DNA of 64,000 bases from Minisyncoccia bacterium (GCA_041742075.1 JBGSJJ010000004.1:35900-99899); one strand, 5' to 3'; positions 28,154 to 38,847 are shown, counted from the first letter of the stretch. The notes: generated by a model not told the origin, from the letters alone. Numbers and translations are program-made.

Positions 28154-29668
28154 CTAGAGTCGTACCCGATATTGCAACGCTTCGAGGAGGTGTGGAACTT
28201 CTATTTCACGCGAGCCTTCTATGTCGGCAATCGTTCTGGCTACCTTAATTACACGGTGATAACTGCGTGGTGATAAATTGAGCTTGGCACTTGAAGTCCG
28301 AAGCAAATCAGACACCTGGGGTGAGAGGGATACCTTGGCGTCTATATCGCGGGCGGACATTTCTGCGTTGCACGTGACCCCGGTGCCAGCGAGGCGGTTT
28401 TTTTGAGTCTCGCGCGCTGAAAGAATACTCGCTCGGGCAGTTGTTGTTTCTTCTGTCCCCGTCTGTTTTTTAGTGAGTGTCTCATAATCAACATGTGGTA
28501 CTTCAAGCCAAAGGTCGATCCGGTCAAGGATTGGTCCAGAGATTTTACCTTTGTAGGTTTCAAGGAGTGCGGAAGCAAAGTCGGTGGTTCCGTCTTCACT
28601 TCCCCGGTAGGGGTTCATGGCAGCGACCAAAATAAAATCAGCGGGAAAGAGGGCTGTTCCTTGCACGCGTGCGATTGAAACGACGCGGTCCTCAAGTGGC
28701 TGTCTGAGGGCGTCAATCGCTCGCCTATCAAACTCCGGAAACTCGTCAGCAAATAGAACGCCTTTATGTGCTAAAGTAACCTCGCCCGGTTTTGGATAAC
28801 TTCCCCCGCCGACTAAGCTGGTATAGCTGGCGGTATGGTGTGGACTACGAAAGGGTGGCTGAGAAGTTATTTCTTCAAGGTTACCCGCAATCGAATGTAT
28901 CGCTGTAACCGCCAGTGCCTCGTCGCGGGAAAGTGGTGGTAAGAGTCCTTGAAAGGCTCGTGCGAGCATGGTTTTGCCGGTACCCGGAGGTCCGACTAAA
29001 AGTACATTGTGTCTTCCAGCTGCCGCTATCAGAAGTCCCCGCTTCGCACTCTCTTGACCTTTGATGTCTTCTAAGCGAACGGTACTCGTCACCCAGGCAT
29101 CAGTGATAGTAGTGAGTGGCGTTGGTTTGATTGGTTTGTGCGTTGGTTTGGTTTCGTCGATATGATTGATAACTTCAGTCAGCGTAGAAGCACCAATGAC
29201 GTTTATTCCTTCTACAAGCGCTGCCTCAGCTTGATTTTCGATAGGTACCACGACCTCAGTAAAGTGATGGGCTTGCGCACAAAGTACAATCGGAAGAACC
29301 CCTTTAACCGGACGTAAGCTTCCGTCAAGCGTCAGTTCCCCAATGTACATTCGTTTGGTCGCGTTTGGTTGTAGTGAATTGCTCGCTATTAAATACGCGA
29401 GCGCAATTGGCAGGTCAAACAAAGGCCCCTCCTTTTTTATGTCAGCGGGAGCAAGTGAGATAACGATTTTTTGGTTTTGGCTTTTTGGAGAACTGAAACC
29501 AGAATTTTTAATGGCGGAGTTCACCCGATCTTTTGATTCTTCAATTGCCTTACCGGCTAAGCCAACTATTGAAAACGAATGCAGACCCCGCGAGAGGTCT
29601 GCTTCAACCGTAATTGGTATACCGCCGGTAACGCCACCTTGAGCTGTGTGTACCTGGGCAATCGTCAT
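28154..29668 (-). CDS. comM: YifB/ComM family Mg-chelatase-like AAA+ ATPase
   Basis: 504 aa; N-terminal Lon-like domain, Walker A LLVGPPGTGKTMLA, C-terminal ChlI-like region; family typical start MTIAQV..GG..G. Confidence 0.85.
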   Translation of the reverse strand: MTIAQVHTAQGGVTGGIPITVEADLSRGLHSFSIVGLAGKAIEESKDRVNSAIKNSGFSSPKSQNQKIVISLAPADIKKEGPLFDLPIALAYLIASNSLQPNATKRMYIGELTLDGSLRPVKGVLPIVLCAQAHHFTEVVVPIENQAEAALVEGINVIGASTLTEVINHIDETKPTHKPIKPTPLTTITDAWVTSTVRLEDIKGQESAKRGLLIAAAGRHNVLLVGPPGTGKTMLARAFQGLLPPLSRDEALAVTAIHSIAGNLEEITSQPPFRSPHHTASYTSLVGGGSYPKPGEVTLAHKGVLFADEFPEFDRRAIDALRQPLEDRVVSIARVQGTALFPADFILVAAMNPYRGSEDGTTDFASALLETYKGKISGPILDRIDLWLEVPHVDYETLTKKQTGTEETTTARASILSARETQKNRLAGTGVTCNAEMSARDIDAKVSLSPQVSDLLRTSSAKLNLSPRSYHRVIKVARTIADIEGSREIEVPHLLEALQYRVRL

Positions 29669-29671
29669 AGT

Positions 29672-30049
29672 TTAGCTGGCTAAGTCACCCTCCTCTTCAC
29701 GGTGCAGAATACAAGTGCGAGCCGCTGGGTTGGCGTCTAAACGCTCAGGTTCAATTGCTTCCCCACTATGCTCACATACACCATACGTCCCGGCTTCAAT
29801 TTTAGCGAGTGCTCTGTGGATGTTGTTGTAACGGGTTTCGAGGTCTACCACTAAAGCCGTCCTTGTACCTAAGTCTTCGTACTTATCAGCGAGCACATTT
29901 TCGTCAGCGTCGGCTTCACTGGTATCTTCAGCAACAGCAATCCAGTCAGCTGGAACGTCAGGGTTTTGAATGCCCAGTGAACGTAGTTCAGCCTCAACTA
30001 TAATACGTTCAGCTTCTAATTTTTCTTTATACTCGTGTGTGGTTGTCAT
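29672..30049 (-). CDS. DksA/TraR-family C4-type zinc-finger protein
   Basis: 125 aa; coiled-coil N-terminus and C-terminal CxxC...CxxC (GVCEHSGEAIE...AARTCILH). Confidence 0.7.
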   Translation of the reverse strand: MTTTHEYKEKLEAERIIVEAELRSLGIQNPDVPADWIAVAEDTSEADADENVLADKYEDLGTRTALVVDLETRYNNIHRALAKIEAGTYGVCEHSGEAIEPERLDANPAARTCILHREEEGDLAS

Positions 30050-30077
30050 ATAGGTAAGTATACCCTAGAGAAATACT

Positions 30078-31973
30078 CTAGCGAACGAGTGGTACAAGTT
30101 TTTCGATAGAGCCACTGCCGGTAGAAATGAGTACAGTATTTTGGTTTACAAATACATACACGATTCTTTCGACACCAAATTCATCATAGAGAATTCGCGC
30201 ACTTCGATTGGCTATGATGGCATCGGTAAAGAATAATGATTTAATGCTACTTTCAGTGCGCGCATTTGGATCAAGGGTGTTTGTAACGGGTGCCCCAAAG
30301 AGTGGAGCTAAGTCAGCACTCATGAATTCTTCCCAGGCCAGCATGCCGGCAAAGGTAGTGTCAAACTCCACTCCCTTCAAAATAATAAACGGTTGCTTAT
30401 TTCCATCCCCACCAAAGGTGAAGTCAGTAATTGAACGGACTAGTGAACCATTGAGTTTAGGGTTAAACACTTCAAGGATAATCTGTGCACCGGCCGGCTC
30501 CTCACGACCACTTTGGCCGAGGGCAGTTGGATAGATCTGGACAGGATCAGTTTCGTTTGTAATCGTGTCAAGAACAGCACCTAGGAGTTCAATCCGGTCT
30601 TGGGTGAGCATGACGGGAATCTGTTTAGTAACGGCAATCAGTGCCGGTGGCTGGGCAATGGTAATTGTGTAGTTTGGCTCTATGGTGCTCCCAAGTAACT
30701 TAAAGCTTACAAACACGCCAAGCGCGAGCGCGCCAATTATAATCAGGATGGTGAGGGTGAGTGTATTGGTGTTGGCATTTTTAGCAACTTCAATACCATT
30801 CTTAATCTCAAACCGTCTAATTTTTGGTATTAGTGTAATTTGCTTAGTGTCAGTAATTTTACGAGGAGCCTCGATTTGAGCTATGGGCATGGTCGACGGA
30901 GGAACTGGTACGGCCACTTCCACCAAAGGTTCAACTGGTGCAGAAACAGGCTCGGCTATTTCTTCTGAGACAGGGACTGTCGAAACTACTGCTTCTGGTA
31001 GTGGCGCAGTTTCACTGACGGAGTCTAGTGACTCGTCACTGAAATAGATCTCCTCCCCGCTTTGTTCAGTGTACGGTACTTGAGCGGGTATTGATTCTGG
31101 TCTAAATGGAGTTTCCCAGATGTAGGGTTCGGTATCCGCTGTCTCCACCACTGGCGGTTCAGGTAAAGTTGGTTCTACTACTTGAGGCAACGGTTCATTT
31201 TGAATAACGTGTGTCCAGCCAGAAGTATCTTCAGGTGAGTCGGTTTCTTCAACTCGATTTGTCAGAGTTTCAGTTTTAGCTTGTTTAAGTGTACTTTCCT
31301 GCTCACGTAGTTTGTGAGCAGCGAGCAGTGCAGCAAAATCATTTTTTGGCGCTTGGGCAGTTTCTGTAACTGCTTTTTGGATGACCTCATTTCTGCTCGC
31401 TGGTTTTTCTACAGGTGAGACTTCAGCTGTGACTGGTTTTACTGACTGACGGGAAAACCAGGTGTGTAGTGAATTAAAGATTGCAGTAAAAAAACCTTTT
31501 CGTGATCGCTTCTTGTCTTGAATAATAGTACCTGAGGGTAAGTCGTCATGACTGGTATCGTAGACAGTTTCGACGTCAGACAAAAGTGAGGTCTTTTTAG
31601 ATCGAGCACTCAAGGCCTGGATTTCATTTTTGAGCGACTCCTCGTGTTCGTTTACAAATGGTCGAGGTTCATCCTCGCTAGTAGTTACATCAGGCAGTGG
31701 TTCGCTCGGGCGAGTGTCGGTTGGCGGAGTATGTTCCACATGAGTCTCGCGCTCTAAAAATGATAACGCGTCTTTTCTTTCTTCACGGACAGTTTCTAAC
31801 ACCACCCTTGGTGCAGGAGGGATTTTTGTTTTTAAAGCGACTACGGGAGGTACTTCCTTTGGTGCTTCAGCTACTGGTTGTGGAGTGACCGCTGGCTGGC
31901 TTCGGGAATGTTCAACATCGTCCGCAAAGGTAATGACGGGACTTATGTTGTGTTGTTTTTTTGCGTCAGACAT
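30078..31973 (-). CDS. hypothetical membrane protein (disordered Pro/Glu-rich N-terminal half, one central TM, C-terminal globular domain)
   Basis: 631 aa; TM LTLTILIIIGALALGVFVSF near residue 400; no recognisable catalytic motif. Confidence 0.55.
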   Translation of the reverse strand: MSDAKKQHNISPVITFADDVEHSRSQPAVTPQPVAEAPKEVPPVVALKTKIPPAPRVVLETVREERKDALSFLERETHVEHTPPTDTRPSEPLPDVTTSEDEPRPFVNEHEESLKNEIQALSARSKKTSLLSDVETVYDTSHDDLPSGTIIQDKKRSRKGFFTAIFNSLHTWFSRQSVKPVTAEVSPVEKPASRNEVIQKAVTETAQAPKNDFAALLAAHKLREQESTLKQAKTETLTNRVEETDSPEDTSGWTHVIQNEPLPQVVEPTLPEPPVVETADTEPYIWETPFRPESIPAQVPYTEQSGEEIYFSDESLDSVSETAPLPEAVVSTVPVSEEIAEPVSAPVEPLVEVAVPVPPSTMPIAQIEAPRKITDTKQITLIPKIRRFEIKNGIEVAKNANTNTLTLTILIIIGALALGVFVSFKLLGSTIEPNYTITIAQPPALIAVTKQIPVMLTQDRIELLGAVLDTITNETDPVQIYPTALGQSGREEPAGAQIILEVFNPKLNGSLVRSITDFTFGGDGNKQPFIILKGVEFDTTFAGMLAWEEFMSADLAPLFGAPVTNTLDPNARTESSIKSLFFTDAIIANRSARILYDEFGVERIVYVFVNQNTVLISTGSGSIEKLVPLVR

Positions 31974-32062
31974 ACGCTAAGTATCTCATGCTTTTGAGGT
32001 GAAAATTTCGCCTCATACACAGGTAATAACCCGGTGCCCAAGCTGGCACCTTTTATACGCGG

Positions 32063-34168
32063 CTATTTTTCAGTGAGAAAGGCTGGTTCAGCTTGCTTGA
32101 TTGATAGGCCGATCTTTCCGTTTTCTACTTTCGAAATTACCACAGGTACTACCTGCCCTTCAGTTAGATAATCCTTGACGCTGACTACGCGAAACGTAGC
32201 CATCTCCGAAACGTGGATAAGCCCTTCGTTATAGTTGTCGAGTTTGGCAAAGGCGCCGAAGTCGGCGAGTCGTGTAATTGTGGCAGTTAGTTTTTCACCT
32301 ACGCTATAGACTTTCGTGAGAGCAGAAATACGGTCAGCAGCCAGACGTGCCGTTCCATTTTTTCCGGTAATAAACACCGTACCGTCGTCTTCAATAGTAA
32401 TTTCGTCTACCCCGGTGGCGTCCTTAATACCGTTAATAGTTTTACCTCCACTTCCAATCACGAGACCAATTTGTTCCGGCAAGATAGTGAGTGAAACAAT
32501 CTCTGGCGCTCGTGGGGAAATGTTTGGTCGAGGGGTTTGTATTTCAGCAGTGAGCACTTCTAAAATTGCGAGTCGAGCCACGCGAGCTTTTTCAAGCGCA
32601 CCTTCGAGTATCTCGAGACTAATCCCCCCTACCTTTACGTCCATCTGAATCGCCGTCACCCCTTCGGTTGTCCCCGCTACTTTAAAGTCCATGTCGCCAT
32701 GTTCGTCTTCGGGTCCTTGGATGTCAGTTAAGAGTACGTACGACTCACCTCTCGTCATAACACCGGAAGCAATGCCAGCCACTGGCCTAAGGAGTGGCAC
32801 ACCGCCATCCATGAGAGCGAGCGTGGAACCACACACTGCACCCATCGAGCTCGAACCGTTGCTCGAAAGTGTTTCAGATACTAAACGTATCGTGTAGGGA
32901 AATACACTGGTCGGCGGAATAAGTGGTAGGAGGGCTTTTTCAGCCAGTGCTCCGTGACCGATGGCGCGTCGATTGAAACCACCGACTCGTCCTGCTTCAC
33001 CAACAGAGAACGGTGGGAAGTTGTAGTGATGAAGGTAGCGTTTTTTAACGTCACTGGTTTCGATAGTGTCGACCACTTGAGCTGCTTCGGGTCCACCTAA
33101 GGTGAGAGCAGTAAAAATATGTGTTTCCCCTCGATAAAAAATACCAGAACCATGTAACACTGGTGAGACACCGCCAGCCTGAGCAAAGAGTGGGCGAATC
33201 TCGTCCATCTGGCGTCCGTCGGCCCGGACTCCCCGCTCGATTGCTCCCTTGTGTAGTTCCACGTCAACCTGCTCTTCAAAGTAAAACTCAAGTTGGGTTG
33301 AACCACATTCAATTTCAGCAGTCTTTACAGCTGAGATAAATTCGTCTTTAAGGGTATAGAGGTGAGCTTTACCAGTTTCTCCCGAAAAAAGAGTTGCAAT
33401 CAGTTTTGTACGCCAGCCATCTTCAAAAAATGCTACGACTGATTCTGGTATTTCGGGAAGACTGAGAGCTCGCTTTGGTTTACCAATTGTGGCGACGATT
33501 TGGCTTTGGAAAGTTTCAAGTAAGGCGTGTACCTGGGTACTTGCTTCCAGCACTGCCAGTATGTCACTTTCTTTAACTTCGTACGCGGCCGTTTCAATCA
33601 TGTTGATCTTGCCATGGTTGCCACAGGCGAGAACCTCAAACGTGAGCTTACCTTCCTCCCGGTCAACGTAGTTTGGGTTGATGATGATTTCTCCTGTGTC
33701 ACGTGTTTTACCAATCCGCACTGCTCCAATTGGACCAGCCCAGGGAATGTCTGAAACACTGAGCGCGAGCGAAGCACCGATGACACCAAGTACGTCGGGG
33801 TCTTCGGCACCGAGCGCAAGTACCGATACCACAATCTGAATGTCATGACGGATACGATGGTCAAACAATGCTCGTATCGTTCGGTCAATGATTCGTGCCG
33901 ATAGGATTGCCTCATCACTTGGCTTTCCTTCACGTCGTACAAACCGACTTCCTAAGATAGCACCGGCAGCGTAGAACTTCTCTTCAAACTCAACTGAAAG
34001 TGGAAAATAGGGCGCACTGTTTTCTCGTTTATTCATAACGGCTGTGACGAGTATGGCAGTCTCACCCATTCTCATGAGGACAGAACCATTTGCTTGTGAG
34101 GCGAGGTCAGTAAAATCTGCTGTAATTGTTTTTCCGCCAATGGTCACTGCAAACGATTGTTTTTTCAT
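32063..34168 (-). CDS. pnp: polyribonucleotide nucleotidyltransferase (PNPase)
   Basis: 701 aa; two RNase PH-like domains, KH and S1 domains at the C-terminus; downstream of rpsO as in the canonical rpsO-pnp operon. Confidence 0.9.
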   Translation of the reverse strand: MKKQSFAVTIGGKTITADFTDLASQANGSVLMRMGETAILVTAVMNKRENSAPYFPLSVEFEEKFYAAGAILGSRFVRREGKPSDEAILSARIIDRTIRALFDHRIRHDIQIVVSVLALGAEDPDVLGVIGASLALSVSDIPWAGPIGAVRIGKTRDTGEIIINPNYVDREEGKLTFEVLACGNHGKINMIETAAYEVKESDILAVLEASTQVHALLETFQSQIVATIGKPKRALSLPEIPESVVAFFEDGWRTKLIATLFSGETGKAHLYTLKDEFISAVKTAEIECGSTQLEFYFEEQVDVELHKGAIERGVRADGRQMDEIRPLFAQAGGVSPVLHGSGIFYRGETHIFTALTLGGPEAAQVVDTIETSDVKKRYLHHYNFPPFSVGEAGRVGGFNRRAIGHGALAEKALLPLIPPTSVFPYTIRLVSETLSSNGSSSMGAVCGSTLALMDGGVPLLRPVAGIASGVMTRGESYVLLTDIQGPEDEHGDMDFKVAGTTEGVTAIQMDVKVGGISLEILEGALEKARVARLAILEVLTAEIQTPRPNISPRAPEIVSLTILPEQIGLVIGSGGKTINGIKDATGVDEITIEDDGTVFITGKNGTARLAADRISALTKVYSVGEKLTATITRLADFGAFAKLDNYNEGLIHVSEMATFRVVSVKDYLTEGQVVPVVISKVENGKIGLSIKQAEPAFLTEK

Positions 34169-34264
34169 GCATTCTTAAGGTTGAGCTCTACTGGTTTTTA
34201 AACTCATCACTAATGAGGTCTACGTACCGGTGAGAGTTTCTGAATAATACTAGTGAGCATAACA

Positions 34265-34309
34265 AAAAATATGCCCAGGTGCACATGTGTGCACCTGGGC
34301 ATATTTTTT
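34265..34309. terminator. perfect 45-nt palindromic hairpin between NYN-domain gene and pnp (terminator / RNase III-type processing site candidate)
   Basis: AAAAAATATGCCCAGGTGCACA-TG-TGTGCACCTGGGCATATTTTTT. Confidence 0.5.
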
Positions 34310-34895
34310 AACGAGGTGGTTTATTTTTAATCACTTGCTGAATCTGTTTTTTAAGTGGTGACGGGCGCTTGTTGTTTCGCTTGTTACCCCTGAAGCCAAT
34401 CAGATACGTGTTTGGATCTTCGTCCATGTCAATGAAGTCATCAACTACTTCTCTGAAGCGAGAAGAAGCTGAACGACCAAAAGTAATTCCCTCGACTTGG
34501 CACCCCTGACTTTTTACATACTCAACGAGTGGAATAAAGTCACCGTCACCGGTTACGAGTACGATAGCGTCTACCTTCTTTGAGAGCTTGATAGCGTCGA
34601 CGGCCATTCCCACGTCCCAGTCAGCTTTTTTAGCACCGCCGTAAAAAATCTGCAAGTCTTTAGTTTTTATTTCGATGCCAATTTTTTCCAAAGCTTCAAA
34701 GAATGGTTGCTCTTCACCACTTTCAGTATTGACCACATAGGATGTGGCGCGCACTAGCTTCCGTCCACCAACCGCCGCTTTGAGGACGGCAGCAAAGTTT
34801 ACTTTGCATTGGTAGAGGTTTTTTGCACTGTGGTATAAGTTTTGAGTATCAATAATAATTGCGACCCGTTGTTCTGGTTGTCTAATTGATGACAT
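34308..34895 (-). CDS. NYN/LabA-like (DUF88) domain protein
   Basis: 195 aa; VAIIIDTQNLY...VLVTGDGDFIPLV pattern of NYN/LabA PIN-like nucleases; basic C-terminal tail. Confidence 0.65.
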   Translation of the reverse strand: MSSIRQPEQRVAIIIDTQNLYHSAKNLYQCKVNFAAVLKAAVGGRKLVRATSYVVNTESGEEQPFFEALEKIGIEIKTKDLQIFYGGAKKADWDVGMAVDAIKLSKKVDAIVLVTGDGDFIPLVEYVKSQGCQVEGITFGRSASSRFREVVDDFIDMDEDPNTYLIGFRGNKRNNKRPSPLKKQIQQVIKNKPPR

Positions 34896-35014
34896 ATATA
34901 TGTAGGTTAGTGCTGACTTAAAACGTCAGTCAAAATATTAAAATGCTTCGCCTAAACTAGTATACGCCTAACAAAAAAGATGTTCCACTAAGGTAACATC
35001 TTTTTTGAAACGAA

Positions 35015-35281
35015 TTATCGTTTGAGGCCAAGTTGCGCCACGAGCTTTTCGTACGCTTTGAGGTCTTTACGCTCAAGGTACTTCAAGTGTTTGCGACGGT
35101 CAGCTACCATTTGGAGAAGTCCACGACGTGAGTGAAAATCTTTTTGGTGCTTTTTAAGATGTTTTGCTAAGTCTTCAATCTGGCGAGTCAAAAGTGACAC
35201 CTGTACTTCTGGTGAACCAGAATCAGTATCATGTCGCTTGGCCGGTTTGATAGCGTTAGCTTTTTTTTGTTTTGTTAGCAT
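35015..35281 (-). CDS. rpsO: 30S ribosomal protein S15
   Basis: 88 aa; ...HLKKHQKDFHSRRGLL..V..RR..L.YL conserved S15 signature. Confidence 0.9.
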   Translation of the reverse strand: MLTKQKKANAIKPAKRHDTDSGSPEVQVSLLTRQIEDLAKHLKKHQKDFHSRRGLLQMVADRRKHLKYLERKDLKAYEKLVAQLGLKR

Positions 35282-35599
35282 AGTTGCAAGCGTTTAATGT
35301 GTAGTGTGTGTGGGTAGATAGGCCCAGTACAGCTCTACGTGTTAACCTGCGAAGGTTGACCACACTATAGCATAGAAATTAACATTTTGCAAGTTACACC
35401 GTATCTTTCCCGTTTGTAAAGGGACACGCCATTTTAAGTAAAATCCAAAGCCGAAATGTGTGGTGTATCCCTTTCCTTCCTTTGTTCGGTCATGGAACAC
35501 GTTCACTGTGTTCCGCGACACTCACCCGCTTGGTAGTCAAAAAAAGAGACCGGTCTAAAAAGCTTAATTTGCTATACTTACTAAGACGTATACATATAT

Positions 35600-36514
35600 A
35601 TGACTCTTACACAGCTCAAGCGACAATTCATGGAATACCTCGAGATTGAGCGGGGTCGAAGTGTCAAAACGGTTGAAAATTATGATCGCTACCTCACTCG
35701 TTTTTTTGCCTACGCCAAAACCGATGACCCGGCCAAGATTACTGAAGATATTGTTCGTGAGTTTAGAATGTATCTCAACCGTCAACCTGGCACGAAGGTC
35801 GGTGGACGGATGGACCCGATGAAGCGTCGGACTCAAAACTACTATTTGATTGCACTCCGGGCTTTTTTGAAGTATGTCCGCAAGCGTGGCGTTACCTCCC
35901 TCTCACCTGAGGTGATTGAGCTTGCGAAAGTGCCAGAGCGTTCGCTTGATTTGATTTCTCCAAATGAGCTCGATCGGCTTATGAAGGCACCAGCGAGTGA
36001 TACGCCCCAAGGACTCCGTGACCGAGCAATTTTAGAACTCCTATTTTCTACTGGCTTACGTATCTCTGAACTTTGTGCTCTTTCTATTGACGATGTTGAC
36101 TTAACGCGCGATGAATTTTCCGTCCGTGGTAAAGGAGACAAAGTCCGGGTGGTCTTTCTCTCTGACTCGGCTAAACACGCCATCAGCACTTACCTAAAGA
36201 AAAGAAAAGATTTAGACGACGCACTGTTTGTGCAGTATGGTAGAAAGGCACATGCCGCTAAAGACTTGCGACTCTCACCAAGAGCAGTACAGCGAGTACT
36301 AAAAACCTATGCTACTAAAGCTGGTATCACGAGAAAAGTCTCACCACACGTTATTCGTCATAGTTTTGCCACTGACTTACTCAGTAACGGAGCCGACTTG
36401 CGTTCGGTGCAAGCCCTCTTAGGTCATGCCAACATTGGTACCACCCAAATCTATACCCACGTTACCGACAAACATTTAAGAGACGTGCATAAAAAGTTTC
36501 ATAGTCGAAAATAG
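35600..36514 (+). CDS. tyrosine recombinase XerC/XerD family
   Basis: 304 aa; N-terminal core-binding domain; catalytic R..ELLFSTGLRISE, HVIRHSFAT, LLGHANIGTTQIYTHV (R-H-R-Y motifs). Confidence 0.8.
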   Translation: MTLTQLKRQFMEYLEIERGRSVKTVENYDRYLTRFFAYAKTDDPAKITEDIVREFRMYLNRQPGTKVGGRMDPMKRRTQNYYLIALRAFLKYVRKRGVTSLSPEVIELAKVPERSLDLISPNELDRLMKAPASDTPQGLRDRAILELLFSTGLRISELCALSIDDVDLTRDEFSVRGKGDKVRVVFLSDSAKHAISTYLKKRKDLDDALFVQYGRKAHAAKDLRLSPRAVQRVLKTYATKAGITRKVSPHVIRHSFATDLLSNGADLRSVQALLGHANIGTTQIYTHVTDKHLRDVHKKFHSRK

Positions 36515-36616
36515 AAAGAAGATTTTTGCTAGATAGTTTGACCACACTGTTTGCATACTACTTACAGATACGTATACTCTAACGTAGTTTCGTCATAGAA
36601 CACACAAGCAGAAAGG

Positions 36617-37126
36617 GTGCTTCGCATGCCATACGTTTACCGGTTGTGGATCTTTGTTTCGATTTTCTTCTTGGCAATGCCAACTTTAGCTTTCGAGGAT
36701 TGCCGGGAATCAGGAAACAGTGATGTGTGCATATTGCTTGCAAGTGATAGTGAGTCACAGGAAAGACCGGTTCCTTTACTAGAGAGACATACGTTTCGTA
36801 CGGCATTTAACGATTCGGGTTATGAGCTTGCGGCTTTTATGTTATGCAACGCTCCCGGCAGACTCTCGTGTGAAGTAGCAGAAGTACAACTCTCACAGCG
36901 GTTTGATTCGGAACCCTGTCGACAGCTTTACTTTGTAGCACTTGTAAATGGGCACGGATATCAAGAACCAATTCTTGCTTACTTCCATGCGATTGAGTTT
37001 GCAATGAAGGGAAGTTTTGGCAATCTACTGCCCGTTCGCACAAGTATGCCCGATACCGAAACAGGTCTTGTACCTTGCTTTAACACAGCATATGCCATAT
37101 TACAGCGTTGGCCTACCAGTAAGTAA
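36617..37126 (+). CDS. hypothetical secreted protein
   Basis: 169 aa; N-terminal signal peptide (LWIFVSIFFLAMPTLAF); followed by hairpin terminator ACAGGCGC-ATAAA-GCGCCTGT-TTTT at 37134-37160. Confidence 0.5.
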   Translation: MLRMPYVYRLWIFVSIFFLAMPTLAFEDCRESGNSDVCILLASDSESQERPVPLLERHTFRTAFNDSGYELAAFMLCNAPGRLSCEVAEVQLSQRFDSEPCRQLYFVALVNGHGYQEPILAYFHAIEFAMKGSFGNLLPVRTSMPDTETGLVPCFNTAYAILQRWPTSK

Positions 37127-37662
37127 GTAAAACAGGCGCATAAAGCGCCTGTATTTTAATAGTAAATTCAAGATAAATGATTCAAGAGAAGGCAGAAAAA
37201 ACAGTTTTCAAAGCCGGTAAAAATAAAGTCGGGCGCAAGCTATCGCTTGCGCCCGTTTCCCTGTGATGGCTTACTCCAGCGAGTCTGGTGATAGTACAAG
37301 ACCGAGCAGTAGAACTTATCGGGAGGCTTCTGGCCAGTGACTCGAACCGAAAAATTGGTACCCTCAGTCCGGCATTTTCTATTTGCACAGTGTTTCGTCA
37401 GTTGTGTATGCGCTACCGGTTGAGTGTTTTCCATTGATACCCTCTTTCTGAACCAATTGTTACTTTCGCAAATTTTCATGAGCTGGTCAAGCTACGCCGT
37501 AACTAGACTGCCGACTCTTGCGTACCAACATTCTCGGTGTATAGTCAGAAGTAGTACTATGCTCGTTCTTTGAAAGAACGACGACGCCTCACTCGTTGCT
37601 TGCCTTACTGTCCATAATAAAAAACGCTCTGGAAACGCTCCTTTTTAGTCTCACTGACAGAC

Positions 37663-38343
37663 ATGTCACACACCAAAAAGGAGAACTACATGATACGTTT
37701 CTATTTGACACTTGGTCTGCTTCTTTGTGCTGGTTTAGGACAAGCACTCGAAACAACAATGACGGCGCAGTCTGTCCGTGAACTTTTGACAGACAGTGGT
37801 TGCTCGGCAAAAATTCCCATCAAGTCTAAACCGGAAACATTATCGGCTAAACAAAGTGACCAGCTAGCTCAGATTGAAGCAAACGCTCGCTCCTTGTTAG
37901 GAGGATACAATGCTCGAGTTGATGTGGTGGGTATGGAGTGCGGATTTGAAGGACTACCGTTTGCGGTTGGTCACATAGTTACACCACTTAAATGTGAGCC
38001 ATTTATAAGGGCATGCAATGTTAGCTTAGAACCGCATGTAATTGTGTATGTGGCGCTTAAGTTTTTAGAGCGAGACGACCCTAGTCTGATTGATTGGGCT
38101 AGTCAGCATGTGTATTGTGCGGTGATGCGAAGCAGTGAATTTTCAAACAATACCTACATTCCCAAACTTGAAGAAGTTGAAGCCTGTGTCAGCTATAAGC
38201 TTGGTCGAGATGTTGACATGCATGCTTACTATTACCTCAGGTACTTAGAGCCAGACATAACGGGTGAGGCGATGATAGCGGCGCATCGTTTGTACAGCGA
38301 AATAATAAAAAGCAGTCTCGATGCCTACCCTGTACCCTGGTGA
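37663..38343 (+). CDS. hypothetical secreted protein
   Basis: 226 aa; signal peptide after MIRFYLTLGLLLCAGLGQA; Cys-containing; terminator follows. Confidence 0.5.
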   Translation: MSHTKKENYMIRFYLTLGLLLCAGLGQALETTMTAQSVRELLTDSGCSAKIPIKSKPETLSAKQSDQLAQIEANARSLLGGYNARVDVVGMECGFEGLPFAVGHIVTPLKCEPFIRACNVSLEPHVIVYVALKFLERDDPSLIDWASQHVYCAVMRSSEFSNNTYIPKLEEVEACVSYKLGRDVDMHAYYYLRYLEPDITGEAMIAAHRLYSEIIKSSLDAYPVPW

Positions 38344-38369
38344 GTTTTTCTAAAAAGGTAATGTAGACA

Positions 38370-38410
38370 AAAAACGACCGACCCAGAAGAGGTCGGTCGT
38401 ATTTTATTTC
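38370..38410. terminator. bidirectional hairpin terminator
   Basis: AAAAAACGACCGACC-CAGAAGA-GGTCGGTCGTATTTTATTT between convergent genes. Confidence 0.5.
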
Positions 38411-38427
38411 ATGCAGTAAGCCTTTGG

Positions 38428-38847
38428 TTAGTCTGCTGAGTAACAACCGACGAGTGTGACACTCTCGGCTACGGTAGTAGATGCACCATTTCTGATTTGA
38501 AGCATTCGTGATGAGCCGACTTCAGACTCAACACACGATACCATCTTGTTAGTGATTTTAAGCTCAGTCTCTTCGATACCGAGAGTAATAAGTGCTTGCT
38601 GTTGTAGTTCTGGTAGTCGAGCAGTCTCGATAGTAAAGGCTACCTCGTCGGCGTCTGTGGGCGCCGTTGGTGTTGTGGTTGGAGTGGCAGAAGTCGGAGG
38701 TGTATTTGTGGGCTGGTTCTGAGAAACCCCAGATGGAGTGGTAGTGGCGGTATTGCTTAAAGTCGTATCAGCCGTCATTGTGCCTAAAAAGTAGCCAATC
38801 ACGAGCCCGACAATTCCGGCGATGACTGTTAGTACTGTAGTGTTCAT
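38428..38847 (-). CDS. membrane-anchored hypothetical protein with Thr/Pro-rich linker
   Basis: 139 aa; N-terminal TM; TPPTSATPTTTPTAPT linker; small C-terminal domain with 2 Cys. Confidence 0.5.
   Translation of the reverse strand: MNTTVLTVIAGIVGLVIGYFLGTMTADTTLSNTATTTPSGVSQNQPTNTPPTSATPTTTPTAPTDADEVAFTIETARLPELQQQALITLGIEETELKITNKMVSCVESEVGSSRMLQIRNGASTTVAESVTLVGCYSAD

Noticed and set aside
35600-36514. Calling the tyrosine recombinase a phage/island integrase outright
   Set aside because: Its size (304 aa) and motifs are equally consistent with housekeeping XerC/XerD. It lies 3.5-5.5 kb from the att-like repeats, so only an association is noted.
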